Below are positions 12,175 through 25,173 of a DNA stretch of 64,000 nucleotides, in pieces (within the stretch, counting starts at the first letter, position 1; the number at the start of each line of letters is the position of its first letter). A model generated the notes under the pieces. That model was given only the letters and a program-made list of their open reading frames with translations. It searched no databases and was not told the DNA's origin. The DNA comes from Chara braunii (Eukaryota; Plantae; Charophyceae), in assembly GCA_003427395.1 (NCBI GenBank), contig BFEA01000035.1:1185379-1249378 (forward strand). Direction: 5' to 3'. The position numbers were made by a program, and so were the translations under genes.

Positions 12175-12740
12175 GTCTTTGTATAAATTTTAGAAAGTCA
12201 CCTTCACTAGAAGAAGTGTTGCCGAAATTTCTGCAAATCCAAGGATTTAGTCAAATTTTGTCATTGCAAATTCAACTTCTGTCTTAACCCTATATCTGGC
12301 TTAGTATAAATTTTGGGAGCCTACTCCTTCTAGGGGAAGTGTTGCCAATATTTTTACTAATTCAGAAAGTTAGAAAAAAAATAACTTTGTAAAGTCAAAG
12401 TTTATTTTTGACTGATATTTAGGTTTGTATAAATTTTCGGAATGCATTTTTGGCAGGGGAACTGATGCCGAAATTTCTATAAATTTAAAGAGTTAGCTAA
12501 AATTTTGCCTTTGTAGAATTTAACTTTTTCTTTAAGTTACATCTAACTTAGTATAAATCTTGAAACTCTACTTAAATCTTGAAAGTCTACTTCTCTAGCG
12601 GGAGTGTTGCTAAAATTTTTACTAATTAAGGGAGTTAGACAAAATTTGACTCGCTAAAGTCAAAGTTTTTTTGCAGATTTAGTAGGAAAAACATTGGCAA
12701 TCCATCCTGCATAGGGGAGATGCTGTCGGAATTTTCCTTA
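12175..12740. repeat. Array of ~5 long imperfect hairpins (TT.GTATAAAT...TGCCGAAATTT)
   Basis: Units spaced ~120 bp with arms such as TTAGTATAAATTTTGG / CCAATATTTTTACTAA. Confidence 0.75.
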
Positions 12741-12949
12741 ATTTTTTTATCAATAAGAGGTAGGTTTAGACTTAGCCTTATAAGGAGTTCGGCTAAGGTG
12801 TGATATGGGGTTTATTCTCCATATACTTAAGTACAGTTTTGGATACTGACCTATGTTGTGCTACAGGTCCACTTCGTTCACTTCGATTCAAGGTTGACTA
12901 GTTTTAGCCTGATCCTACGAGGATCATCTTCTGTTATCTTTTAATAACA

Positions 12950-14273
12950 TGTCGGTTTCCGGCTCAACTCTAACTCATTCTCGCAACTCAACCTAATGCC
13001 TTAGCCACTGTGAGTTGAACTGTTGCTTTGGGTTTTTACCCAAACTTTTATTGAATTACCATTTAAAAAGGACAATGCTTTTCTTTGAAGGTTGGACAAG
13101 CGTTGGGGCTTGGGTGAATAAGGCAAGGGGTGTGAGTGCAAAGAGTGGTTGAAGTTGACCCCGTATAGTGTGTGGTCTGTTGGTGTTGAATCTGTGTGTG
13201 ATTGCATGTATGCATGTGATTTTGGAGTCAGGATTTGACTTACCTGCGATCATTTGCATATTTCGACGGAAGTTATACCGTGATTGTGAGAGTGATCGCC
13301 CCACATTCGATAATCTCACTATATTTATACTTTGCGTATTTGCGTGGTTTGATTGACCATGCGCAAGGGTTGAACAAACTTGGGATGAGGGAAAAGGAAG
13401 ATCCCTTTTGATTTCGCTCATTAAGTTTTATAGTTGGACGTCGAGGTCTGTGACAACTGTCAATGTTAAACCCCTTGACATGTTTCAAAGCCTTTGAAAT
13501 GGGGCCTCTTTCTATAAGTCATGGTTGTTTCTCCGCCACAAGAGTTGAAGCCCGCCTGTCGCTCCTCTTTGCTGTGTGTGGAAGAGGGTAAGACCTACAA
13601 TCACATTCGCGATTGTCTAGGGTCATGAGAATAATCCCTCAAGGCGCGTGTCAGCCGACACTTGAGTGTCGAAAGTGACCCTCAAAATCATTGACTGCAT
13701 GGTTATGGGTACCACACAGTACACCATTATGGCGATCTATTTATTGAGAGCCTCGCCCACAACGCTCGTTTATTATGTTGTCGAAAGGTTATGTGTTGAA
13801 ATTGGAAAAAGGGACTAGGCGTGATTTACGTGTGAAATTGGTTTTATTTTTATTGAAAGTGTATTGTGTTGTTAGATTAGTCGTCCTGGTCGACCGGAGT
13901 AGAACCGCGTTTGGGAGATCATCCCCCAGAGCGTTCGTTCACGTGCGGGTTCGATTTAGGCATTAGACCTCGTATACCCTCTTTGCTGTTGCGAACGAGA
14001 AACACCCTTGGCTGAGTCACCTCAATGATTGCACTTGAAAAACTTTCACATGTGCTTCGGTAGTGAGTGGGGATACGCCTACCTAGGGAGGTGACAACTC
14101 CCGTGAACAGAGGTAAGTTGTGCCTCGTGTGACCTCTATCTTGTCGTAGGGGTTCGCGAGAGGTACGGCTGGCGCACTTGACCGAAGTGGCAAAGCTCTG
14201 CAAACGAAGTCCTGCAAAAATCATGTGTAACGCGACCGGGAGGGTCTCCTTTGCAGGACCGATGCGCTGGACA
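12950..14273 (-). mobile_element. 5' LTR of the minus-strand Gypsy (~1.32 kb)
   Basis: TGTC...GACA termini. The 14273 end is homologous to the LTR start at 31056. TATA-like CTTATAGAA on the minus strand at ~13510-13518. Confidence 0.7.
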
Positions 14274-14519
14274 CCGGGCCGATGCATTAGTGGCCTGCTG
14301 TGCCTATTGAGAGTTGTGCCACCATGCCTCAACCAGATCCATAAAGGACTCTATGGTATGGGTCTGCACCCAATCATTCATCCTCCTGCCGTACCCCCGG
14401 GAAGCAACTAACCCATCTAACCATCTAACCGCTGAACCACTAAGGTACGAGGCAACTGTAATCACTTCCTCTTCTCGCAGAGTTCACACTAGAATCGTCC
14501 TCTGTTAAGGGCCTCATCC

Positions 14520-15340
14520 TTCGTATCAGCAGAGAAGGTCTGAGGCGGGTTCAACGGGATCTTTGGGTACCAATTTTGTTGTGGTCCAGTTGGAACATGT
14601 TGCTGCACAGGTTGCTGGACCGACTGCTATCCTGTAGTTGCAGCAAATAGACCTGAGGATGAAGAAGCAGCAGTCTATGCAGTTGCTGCTGACGTACCAC
14701 GTGGTGGGACACCAAACTGAGGAACAAATGGGCATGTCATCGTCGGGTATGGGGACGACGATGGATAAGCTACTAGAGGCCTGACATTAGGCCCGCCTGT
14801 TGTGGAAGGGACTGACCTTTCCTTTCCTTGCATGGCACTTAGTATCTGGTCGAGGGTAGAGTGGATGCCATCCAATTTGCTGTCCATGTACGCATACATG
14901 CTCAACATGCCCACCTTGAGAACCTTACCCGTGTTGTCAAGGACCGAGTTATCCAACCCTTCTGATGCAGGTTTGTCTACCTCTCGGTTTTCCAGTCTAA
15001 CTTTTATATTCTAATTTTATTTCCTCTTTCGGTAGCATCTATGAGATCCTTCTCTAGTCGTAAATGGATTAAATATACTTGTTGGAGTTCTATCTCCTCT
15101 CTAGTGGGCGGATGTGGTTGGTTGTACTGTGAGCCCGCCACCTGACTAGAGGATGGTCATGCACTCATCCTGCTGGATGAGACAAAAGACATATCGAAAG
15201 TTCCTAACCTTTGCTGACCTTGAGAGGTCGTTGCAGAAGTAGTCATGGTGTCAACACTAGTTGCTGCTTCTGCTAACGCACATCCTGTTGCTGCTTCTTC
15301 TAACGCACGTCCTGCTGCTGCTGCTGCCACCCCTAGCCCT
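14520..15340 (-). pseudogene. gag-like remnant of another LTR element
   Basis: Helical MYAYMDSKLDGIHSTLDQILSAMQ with Q/A/P-rich flanks; many stops. Confidence 0.4.
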
Positions 15341-15728
15341 CTGCAAACACTCGGGCCTTGCTTCGGCCCACAACCTTCTGTCGTCCCCTGGTATCAAAAC
15401 CTGGAACACCACAAGAATGTGTTGCGTACCCCGGCGCGTGTGCCTCTTATCATCAACTGTCCCTTCCCTGATACTGTTTCCGCTCATCAGCTAGAGCAGA
15501 ACACTGTTTGCACTAGTGCCCTCTCTAGAGCCTACCGCAACATGTGTCTGACCGAGTTGGGAAAATAAATAAATAAATAAATAAATATTCGGTAAGTCCT
15601 CCAGGCTACCGTTCAGGCGGTGTCAACAGAATATACACAAACTGTGCAAATGATGTTATGCCTATTTCGATCAGTCTTAGAACAGTAGCAATAAACAAAA
15701 CAAGAAATGTTAGACTACTACTATTCTA

Positions 15729-18700
15729 GACTAGTAGGGAGCGTCGCGCCGCTCCGCTATTGACATGAGCCGGTTCAAGAGTTGGTGGCGTCTCGTCGAC
15801 GCGGCTCCCTGCGGGGGAATATTGAGGAGTTGATGTGGGGAACGGGGGTTACAGCGGCAGGCGATGGCGCGAGGTTCCATTGGTGTTTGTTTGGCGCGGC
15901 CATCAATGTGATGCTTCGACAAAGGGTTCTTCCAGCCTTGATAACCTAGGCTGAAGAGGTCTCTTGCTCCGTGCTTCGTTTATGTGGTGTCGCAGGTTGA
16001 CATGCTAGAGGAAGGGGAGGCTGTTGTGGTGACTAGGATAGTCTTCATGAGATCTTGGGCATGGTAGTGGCCCTGCTCCTTTGCCCCTGCACAAATCTAG
16101 TGGAGGTTGGTTGGGTAGTGTGGGCAGAAAGTAAGTAGCGTCTTCTCATGCGGAGTGGGAGGAGGGAGGCTTGTTATAAGCTGGAGCATCATAAAGAGTT
16201 GGCAGTTTCAGGCATTCATTTGAGCTGGTTCATCGGTTAAAGACACGGAAGCAGGTAGCAGCGCAATAATGACAGCAGCGTTGGAGTAGGAGAATTTTGT
16301 GCGAACATGTGTGGTGTTGCTTCGCTCTTTGCTTGGGCGACCTTTTCAAATTGTTTTCGCTGGTCGTAACTTTGCATCTTCTAATTTCCTACATTCTTGC
16401 TCTAATCTAGTGCTTACACGGTTATAAATTCAGTTTCTCAAATTTTGGAAAAATCAACTCTTAATTCTTATCTTCTATTTTTTGATCAGCTAAATTCTCA
16501 TCTATATACACACACATACACACAAACATACATATATACAACTATGTATAGTCACTAAGCATTTGAAACTTTACGGAAACCCTGACGGGTTATCATCCAT
16601 TCTGAATCGTTAGTACAGTTCGTAGGGATCTGTTCTATAATTACGTATCCTTATAATTTCTAAAAGTCCTAAGTAAAGTTTTATCATGATTTTCTAATCT
16701 TGAAACCGAAAACTTTGGAATCCTACTATTATAGCCATAAATTTTGAAGACCCTCTTCGATAATTAGTTTTTGCTTTTTTTAATTTGGCGATAGGTGCAC
16801 GGGGTGGGAGCTGCCAAACGCTGATTGGCACAGGGGCAGGGGAATAATTGTAACAACCTTACTGCTGCCCTGCACTTTGTCCAGCGAGTTGTTCTTAAAG
16901 ATGCAGGGTGTTTTGGGGGGTTATTGCATAATTTTGAAGACTATGAGGCCCTGCTTTCCAAATTGCGATTTGCATGAAGTGATTCGACATTCTGGTAAGT
17001 GTGTCATCAGTAACTGTAGTCGGCTGGATCGGATCGTTCCCGGAGGGTTGAACGGTAAGAAGGCGGAGGGGGGAGCTCTATCTTGCAGGGGCATCACAAG
17101 GTGGGGGGTGAATGTCTCAAAGAGGATAGGAGCGGAGTAGGGGGTTGCCCTATTCTGGGGCAGGGGCTGGTGTGTGGGTCAACATCAGTCCCAGCGGAAG
17201 CCGAAATGGGCAAGGGGGNNNNNNNNNNNNNNNNNNNNNNNNNNNNNNGGGGGGCATGCTTTAGGTGGGAACTACATGCCCCTGGGGAAAGGGGGGCAAA
17301 GGGTTGGTCCTATATTGGGGCCGAGGGAGAGCGGGAGGTTTGTGTAGGGCTGGGGGGGGAGGGGGAGGGGCAGGGAGGGGTGATCCCTCTCGGAGAATCC
17401 TTTTTTTTTTTTTTAAACACCCCCACCAGTGTTAGTGGTGCTGATAAGAGCAGGCACCACTAGCACCTGGGGAGAGGCTCCATCTATTGGTGGGGAGCAT
17501 CACCTACTGGAAAGCGGGTCCAGCGTCCCATATATAGATTGGAATTAGAGTACATAAGAGAAAATAATGTAGGAAGTTCCTGCCAGCATTGATTACCCTG
17601 TGGTCCAGGGGATTGACTGAGCAGGACATTGAAAAGCAAGAAAAAGGAGGGGAATCTCTTCGCCCTGAACCCGGCGCCAGGTCCCATATACAGAATGTAG
17701 ACAGGGAACATCAGAAGACAGTCCTGCCAGCATTGATTGCCCTGGAATACAGGGGATTGACTGAGCAGGACCTATTGGAGAAAAAAATTGGGAGTCAGCT
17801 GTTACCCTTCCCCNACTATATCTCTCCCTGTGATCAGGGGCCGGGAGGAGCCACCGGGGGGCACCAGTGGGTCCTCCCGTCACCCAGTCCTTCCCTGTAA
17901 CCATGCAGCCATCTGTCGGGTGTAGCCAGCTGTTATCCTTCCTGTTGTATCAGAGTGTTGGCCCTCTCTTCTTTACATCAAGAACTTGTAGGAGAATCTT
18001 TCCCGTATCACCCCGGCAGTTAGGGGGTTGACTGAGCAGGGGGGACCTCATCATCCTTCCACTGCTACGTCCTGGTCCCTCCCGCCCCAACCCTAGTCAC
18101 TTTTCTGATCTGGATTGTTCTTGAGGCCTTATCCCATTCTGCAGCCGTCGCCAACCTCCTCCCATCTCTCTGGTCATGCTGTAAAAACCACCCCCCCCAG
18201 GGGGCAACGAAAGAGGAAAAGGCGGCTTTGCGAAGAAAGTGAGGGTTTGGATGGGCGGAGGTTTACAGACGTATATCTAGGGAACTAGGGTGGGGAGGGA
18301 AGGGGTTAGGGAACTCCTCTGCAGGTCTCATGGGGATGCATGGATCGATCGACAGCCACTCCTTGAACCTTAGGTGGTAGTCCTGTGGAACATCCTTGAC
18401 TCGTGTCTCTCCCTTTCTCTCTCACCTTCCCAATCCCCTGTCCAAATTACTTCCGCTACCCATCCTTCCCGGATCCCCCCCAGCCAGTCTCTAGAGAACT
18501 GAGGTAACCGTTCCCGGATGTCCTTGGGGCTATGGAGCGAATCAAGTACCCGCTTGGTTGACTGCCACCGGTGTGAGATTTCCATTTGGAAGTGCGTTTT
18601 GAGCAGTTTCGTCCTTTCTTCCCCTTCTACTCGGACGTGGTCTATGGTGAGCACACAGCGTTGCCACCACAAGACCCAGAGGATAGTTCTTTGGGACAGG

Positions 18701-19382
18701 TGGAACATATTAGACACAAAAGTGTCAATCCTAACATCCAACTTAGTTTTTTTTTCCATTTGGTTTGCCTCTCGAGGAGGTTTAGGAACAGGTGCTATCT
18801 GGTAATTCATCTATGACTCTGGGAAGGGTGGTCAAAATTCGGTGGCCCTCGAAAACCGATGCTAGAGCAACGCTGGCCGGAACCGGAGCCAGGTGGCACA
18901 ACTCTGTGACCTAGCTTAGTGGGGGCATGAGGCCTGGTAGAGAGATTTGGGGGGCTGTTTGCGGGGGCAGTCTCAGTGGTCATCGGGGGTCATAACTGGA
19001 GCAATGCTGGCCGGCGTTGGAGCAAGGTGGTGCAACTCTGTAACCTAGCCTGATGGGAGTATGAGGCCTGGAAGAGCTTTGGTTCGTGCTGAAAACAACC
19101 ATGCTGGTGGTAGTCGTAGGTGGATTGAATAGGTTTCACCTATCTGATTCGTGGTTGGGAGGCCTTTTGACACACATATTCTCGTGACTTGATAGAGTTT
19201 AAGTTGTGGACCGTAAATGTTTCTGAGTTCTTCTCTTTTCTTCAAATTGTTCTTAGCCGAAGACGGGTAATGGCCCTGGTAGTTCATCTTTTGTATTCTG
19301 ATAAGGGACGTTGGGCCCGGTTCCCGGCCGCGTTGCTCCCCACAAATAGATTGGAGCCTTGTCCTTAAAAAAAAAAAAAAAA
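15729..19382 (+). mobile_element. ~3.65-kb retroposed composite insert with LINE-type 3' tail, poly(A) and 17-bp target site duplication
   Basis: AGACTACTACTATTCTA at 15712-15728 and 19383-19399; poly(A) at ~19366-19383; LINE 3' motif at 19305-19360. Confidence 0.7.
17401..18812 (-). mobile_element. 3' fragment of an L1/Tx1-type LINE
   Basis: RTILWVLWWQRC and FSRDWLGGIREGWVAEV match the ORF2 C-terminus; 3' UTR hairpins, terminal motif (17477-17530) and poly-T at 17401. Confidence 0.85.
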
Positions 19383-19759
19383 AGACTACTACTATTCTAA
19401 TCTACAACTGTTTGTTAGGTGTTGGCAGTCTGTCGCAGCTCAACGAATCAAAAATAAAATAAAGAATCAACGGCGGATGCGGCATGTTTTGAGTTCCTAA
19501 AGGCACAAAAAACAGGCCTCGGCGACTATGTCGGGGCCCGAGTTCGAAAAGGTGTCCGTAACTCAGGCCGGCAGTGGTGTCAGGGCGGAGGTTTCATTAA
19601 GGCGGTTGTGTTGTTGTTGTTGTTTTTTGTTTTTGTTTTTTGCTCGGTCGCGCCGCACCGCAGCTGCAAGGAGAAAAAAAAAGTGTTTTTTTTTTTGTTT
19701 TTTTTTTTTTTTCCGGTCGGTAGCGCTGCGCCGCGCCGCGCAGAGGCTTTGAGGAAAAA

Positions 19760-19921
19760 ATGTATCGGGCCCATGGTCACCCCAGATTGGCCACGGCCGA
19801 GATGTCTCGGCCACACCCCAGATTGGCCACGGCCGAGATGTATCGGCCGCACCCCAGATTGGCCACGGCCGAGATGTCTCGGCCACACCCCAGATTGGCC
19901 ACGGCCGAGATGTATCGGCCA
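19760..19921. repeat. 36-bp tandem repeat (4 copies) with internal palindrome
   Basis: CACCCCAGATTGGCCACGGCCGAGATGT(C/A)TCGGCC(A/G); adjoins an N gap. Confidence 0.92.
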
Positions 19922-20587
19922 AACCGGACCTTTNNNNNNNNNNNNNNNNNNNNNNNNNNNNNNNNNNNNNNNNNNNNNNNNNNNNNNNNNNNNNNNNNNN
20001 NNNNNNNNNNNNNNNNNNNNNNNNNNNNNNNNNNNNNNNNNNNNNNNNNNNNNNNNNNNNNNNNNNNNNNNNNNNNNNNNNNNNNNNNNNNNNNNNNNNN
20101 NNNNNNNNNNNNNNNNNNNNNNNNNNNNNNNNNNNNNNNNNNNNNNNNNNNNNNNNNNNNNNNNNNNNNNNNNNNNNNNNNNNNNNNNNNNNNNNNNNNN
20201 NNNNNNNNNNNNNNNNNNNNNNNNNNNNNTTCACCCTGAAGCCGGGGCTAAACCCTCAATAATACTCTCTGTTGGCTGAAAGTCTTTATTTGCTGGAAAA
20301 ATCCAGCCACTGTGATTGCTTCTATGCTGGAAACCGGGTCCAGCGTCCCTTTGCAAAGTTCCAGAACCATACAGAAGGGGAGAGGTTTAAGAAGGAAGAG
20401 CAAGGATGAGGGAGGGGGAAGGGGAGGAAGAAGAAACCTCTTCGCCCTGACAGTAGGCGCCAGATATTCTTTGTAAAACAAGTTTCTTTTCTCCCTTCTT
20501 TTAAAACAGAGTGGACGGGGGGGGGGGGAGAGGTCACTGAGGGGCAACAGTGATGTCATCTTCCCCTTCCCTTCTCCCTCTAGCGCT

Positions 20588-23500
20588 TTATGTGAATACT
20601 TCTACCAGGGAGAGAGCATGGGGGGGGAAGGGGTCAGGGAAATCAGCCGGGGGGCGGAATGGGAAGGAGGACTCAATGTGGGTCCATTCCTTGAAAATCA
20701 GTCTATAGTCCCTTGCTCCTTCCATCGATTCCTGCTTGCTATTGGGGTCATCCTTGGACCATTCCACTTTTGCGATCCACCCCTCCCTGTCCCCCCCCAG
20801 CCATTCCCTGCAAAAGTTAGTAATCACCCGTTTCACGTCCCCAATCTGTTGGAAGATGTCAAGTTGGGGTTTCAAGGCCAGCCATCTGCGCATCAGCTCT
20901 AGCTGGACTTGCTGCTTAATCTGGTCCGTGACCTCTGCCCCCTCTACACATACTTTCTCCATCTCCAAAAGGCACCGTTGCCNCCATAGTGCCCATAGCA
21001 CCGCTCNCCGTCCCAACCTGTNCATGTTTTCTGTAAAGGNTGTGACCCCTTGGCANGGCCAGTGGCCTACCAAGATTGCNTGCCATGACCATGGCCAGNG
21101 GGTCAGGATTCCCATTTTTCTCCACACCCTGTCCCACCATCTCCATGTAAATTGTGCAAGCGGGCATTGCATGAAAATGTGCTCCATTGTTTCCGCTTTC
21201 TTGTGGGGCGGGAAGTGTCTGAGGCACCGCGAGCACCAGGGTAATGCAAGCCCCTTTTGCTCCAAGTTGGTATGGTCGATCAACCAGTCGTTGGTTGGCA
21301 ATCAACGGTGCGATATTTGCCATTGCAACGACGTGATCTTAGCTGGTTTGGACTTTCGTTCCTGAAACCATTTTATTGGTGCAAGCTGGCCTCGGTCAAT
21401 GTTCAAGTGCCTGGCCCATCTGTCGATAATTATGTCCCTCAAATTGCGCTTTGCTCGCATCAATCAATATGTTGATTTAACAGTTATCTTGTGTATTGTG
21501 ATCAGTTTGGTGACGCGGGAGGGGCCTGTAGGTGTTTGGGAGGTTTCCCATTGCCATTCCAGTGGGTCAAAAGCCACCTCGCAAATGCTTTTTCGTGGCT
21601 GAAAGGCCATGTAGTCTTTCCCGTTTTCCAAAACACTGACTCGGAATAGAGACTCCCGGTCCCTCCATATGAACGGGGCTCTACTGCCTTGCAGCCTGCC
21701 GGCTTTCCTAACGTCATAGAACTCAAGTAGGGCTTTTTGTGGGTCGATCATGTGGACCCGTCCCACCCGGTTCAGGTCCTCTCTTTCTGCTACCCAATCT
21801 CCTTCGAGAATGGTAGGGCCCTTCCTCAAGATTCTATACCAGGCCAGGGGGATTGTTTTGATCAGTGCCTCTATGTGCTGGTCAATGTGGTGACAATATC
21901 GGAGGGACTCTCGTAATTGATCCGCAGTCTTCCAACTTTTTCTCTCACCGTCCCACAGCTCCTTGACCCTCAATATTCCCCTCTTGACCTAGGTTCTCCA
22001 TGGAATGGCGGAACTGTTCCGAAACCGGCCCAGGGAGTCGGTGAGCAAGCGATTCCCAAAGAGTGGTTGCCTGCTAACCTCCTCCCATCGGTCCGGGAGG
22101 GGTTTGTTTGGGAGTGGCAACTTACGCCAAGTGTTTAGTAGACGTGGCCAAAAGCAGTCCGACTGCAAGCTACGACCCTCTTCCCCTTGCGAGCTCTGTC
22201 GCTGTCGTGGTATAACCCAAAACCGGTCGTCCAACCATGTTGTGGGGTGAATGTCAGGGGTGGTTGTAGGGACCAGTTCGGCCAGGTGCTGTAATGCCAG
22301 GGGTACCTAGGGGCATTCTGGGCTGAAAAAAATCTTTTTTATCCATTGCACTTGGAGTGCTTGTGCTTGGGTTACCGGGTCAATTAACCCTAGCCCCCCC
22401 AAACTCTTTGGCTGTATCACAGAATCCCAGGCAACACGACTGATAACATTGGCCTTATCACAGTCTCCCCGCCAGAGGAAGGCCACAGTCTTATTTTTCA
22501 GATTCTTCATAGCAGTTTTGGTTAAGGGCCAAAGACGGGATTTATACCATAGGGAGGCGAGGGCAACATTGTTGATCACCAATGCCCTGCCGAAGAGGGA
22601 GGTAGGTTTGGCCTTCCATGCGTTCATTTTATTTAACGCCGGCGCACCAACCCAATCGTCGTTGGCGGCCGGGCACCCTTTTGCTGTCATCAGTACCCCC
22701 AAAATTCTGAGGGGGGCTTCAAGGGGTAACCATTTCACCGGCGGGAGTTCTGGCGGTCGGCCCCCTTGATGGTGGATCCATCATCCTTGTGTTTTGCTGC
22801 CCCAGTTGACTGTCATGGCGGAGACGCTCGCAAACCTGTGCATCATCTGATGAATCTCCTCCATATTCTGATGGGACGCCTCCATCAGGACTGTGAGATC
22901 ATCCGCAAATAGTGAGCACACCGGAACTGCGTCCTCCGGGATATTGGCAATTTTGATCCTAGATATGTCCTTATTAGCTCGTAAGTTAGCAGCCAGGGCC
23001 TCAATAATAACAAGGAACAAGAGCGGGGCTATGGGGTCACCTTGACGGACCAATCGCTCTAGTCTGATGGCGGGTGCCAGCGAACCGTTCACCTATACTT
23101 TGGTTGTTGCATTTTGATGAAGTATTCGCACCCAGCTTCTGAAGTTCGGACCAAAATTCATTCGTTCCATACATTTGTCCAGGAACAGCCAGTCTACATG
23201 GTCATAGGCTTTCTCAAAGTCTATAAACACTAAGGCTGCGCTCCGCCTCTGGCGTTGGGATAGTTGCAGGACTTCATGCACCAACAAAATGTTTTCTTGT
23301 ATATTACGATTCTGTATGAAGTCGGCCTGGTGTGGATTATATCCTCCATCGTTGGGATCATTCGGTTGGCCAAAGTTTTGACCAACATCTTGTATACTAC
23401 CGTCAGTAGAGTGATGGGGCGGTAGTTCCTGATGTCCATTTTATCCCCTTTTTTGTGTAACAGAGTTAGCACCCCCTGACCCACAATTTCCCCCATATCC

Positions 23501-25131
23501 CCAGTACGCCATACTTCGTCATAGAATCTCATAATGTCGTTCCCCATGAAGTCCCATGTAGCTTCCCAAAACTCTTTGGAAAAACCATCAATCCCAGGCG
23601 ATTTTTCTTCATCCATCTCCAACAAGGCTGTCCAAACCTCCTCTTTGGAAAGGGGGGCTTCCAGGAGAGCACGTTGTTCCTGTGATAATTTTCTGTTCAG
23701 CGGTTCCAGAAATTCATCTATTCTATGATGGTGAGTTACACTCCCAACATCCGGTATGTGGGATGTGAAAAGGTCCTTAAAGAAATCGCGTGTGATTTTG
23801 GTGAGTCTGGCAGTGGTTAAAGTCGGCGAGCTTTCACCCGCCTCAGGGTCGTGTAGGGCATCTATTGTGGTACGACGAACGCGTGCTTTAGCGAGGTGGA
23901 AAAACCGCGCGTCCATCGATCCTTCCGTGGAGAAGTTCGCGAGTTTTCCTCTGATTCTTGTTCCTTGCCATCGATACTGTGCGTATTGTGTTAGTTGGTG
24001 TTGGAGTTGCTCAATCCGTTCATGATTATCTTGTGAGTCATCTTGGTGCTCGAGATGGTCCAGTTGTTGCATAATATGGATTTCTTTCTGGTAGCGTTGG
24101 GCTGCCAGAATTTTCGAAAAGTCGCTGCATTTCTTAGATAGGAAAAAGAGTCCGTTGTTGAGCCATTGGATGGCCGAATCGATTTCTGGTTCACGCTCAC
24201 GCCAGTACTCCTTGACTTGTCGTATGTAAGATCTAAATGATTCCATACGAAGTAATGATGTGTTAAGTTTATAATAACCCGCCCCCCAATCCAGCCGTTT
24301 GCGAAAAGTGAAGACAACTACGCACATTTTGTGGTCCAGGCCCACATACGGGCTCGAGGGTAAGATGGCAGCGGCTGTTAGTCCGCCCGCCAGTTCATCT
24401 GCCGCAAGGATCAGGTCGATCCGTGATTTCAATAAACCTCCCGGGTTGTTTCTTTTAACACATGTGTAGGCTTTTTCTGTGGGGTGCAAACGTCTGAAGG
24501 TGTCAAACAGAGAGAAGGACGTGCACAGCTCCTGTACTAATATCTCATCCGCTTCGGCGGTGTGTGCACAGGAGGGGGGTACCCTCCACCTGTCCATCCA
24601 TCTATCCGGAGCTGCATTCAAATCTCCTGCTATGATCACCGGGACCCCTTGAGGGGGGATGGTTTTGAGGTCTTCGAACAATCTTCTTCTCTCTTCCACC
24701 GAGTTGGTAGCGTATAGGGCCAAAACGCAGATTAGTTCTAATTCAAGCATGCCCAACACGCAAACCCACCTCCCTTCCACCTCATCTTGCTGATGGAACA
24801 CTACCTCAAATCTGGACTCCAGAGGTACCCAGACTGACACCCCCGCCCTCCCTGGTGCGGGTGCATAAGTTGTATAAGCCTGGTGTGGCCAAACTTGTTT
24901 GTGCGATCTGTGGTGCTCTGGTTGGTTCAAGAGGTGGGTTTCTTGGACGCACACCAGGTCGGGCCAAGTTCTTCCTCCCACTCCTCTGAGTAGGTCCCAT
25001 AGTGCCTGTTTTTTTTCGTGGTTGTGGGTCGCTAGCCCATTAACATTTATAGTTCTGAGGTCCAGATCCGCAGCCTGCAGGGTTTTTCTCCAGGCCTTAT
25101 TGCGTCCATAGATGACTTCTACCCATTCCAT
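20588..25131 (-). pseudogene. LINE ORF2: APE endonuclease + RT + zf-RVT, frameshifted
   Basis: TINVNGL, VQETH, AGDLN, SRIDLIL, LDH; SPGIDG, NYRPITLL, IDFEKAYDHV, RQGDPIAP, LFADD, PKSLGGLGL, C..C...ETMEHIFMQC. Confidence 0.95.
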
Positions 25132-25173
25132 CTGTTATATCTGAATTGAGTGCGGAACTCCTATTCCCTTTGG

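Larger units (their letters stand above)
1740..14273 (-). mobile_element. Decayed Ty3/Gypsy (chromovirus/Tf-like) LTR retrotransposon: 5' LTR, long leader, gag, pol; contains nested insertions
   Basis: Minus-strand order is LTR (TGTC...GACA), leader, Q-rich gag-like region, zinc knuckle, protease, RT, RNase H, integrase. Confidence 0.7.

Noticed and set aside
19563-20279. ORFs spanning N gaps (also 32984-33844 and 58149-58390)
   Set aside because: They are open only because of Ns.
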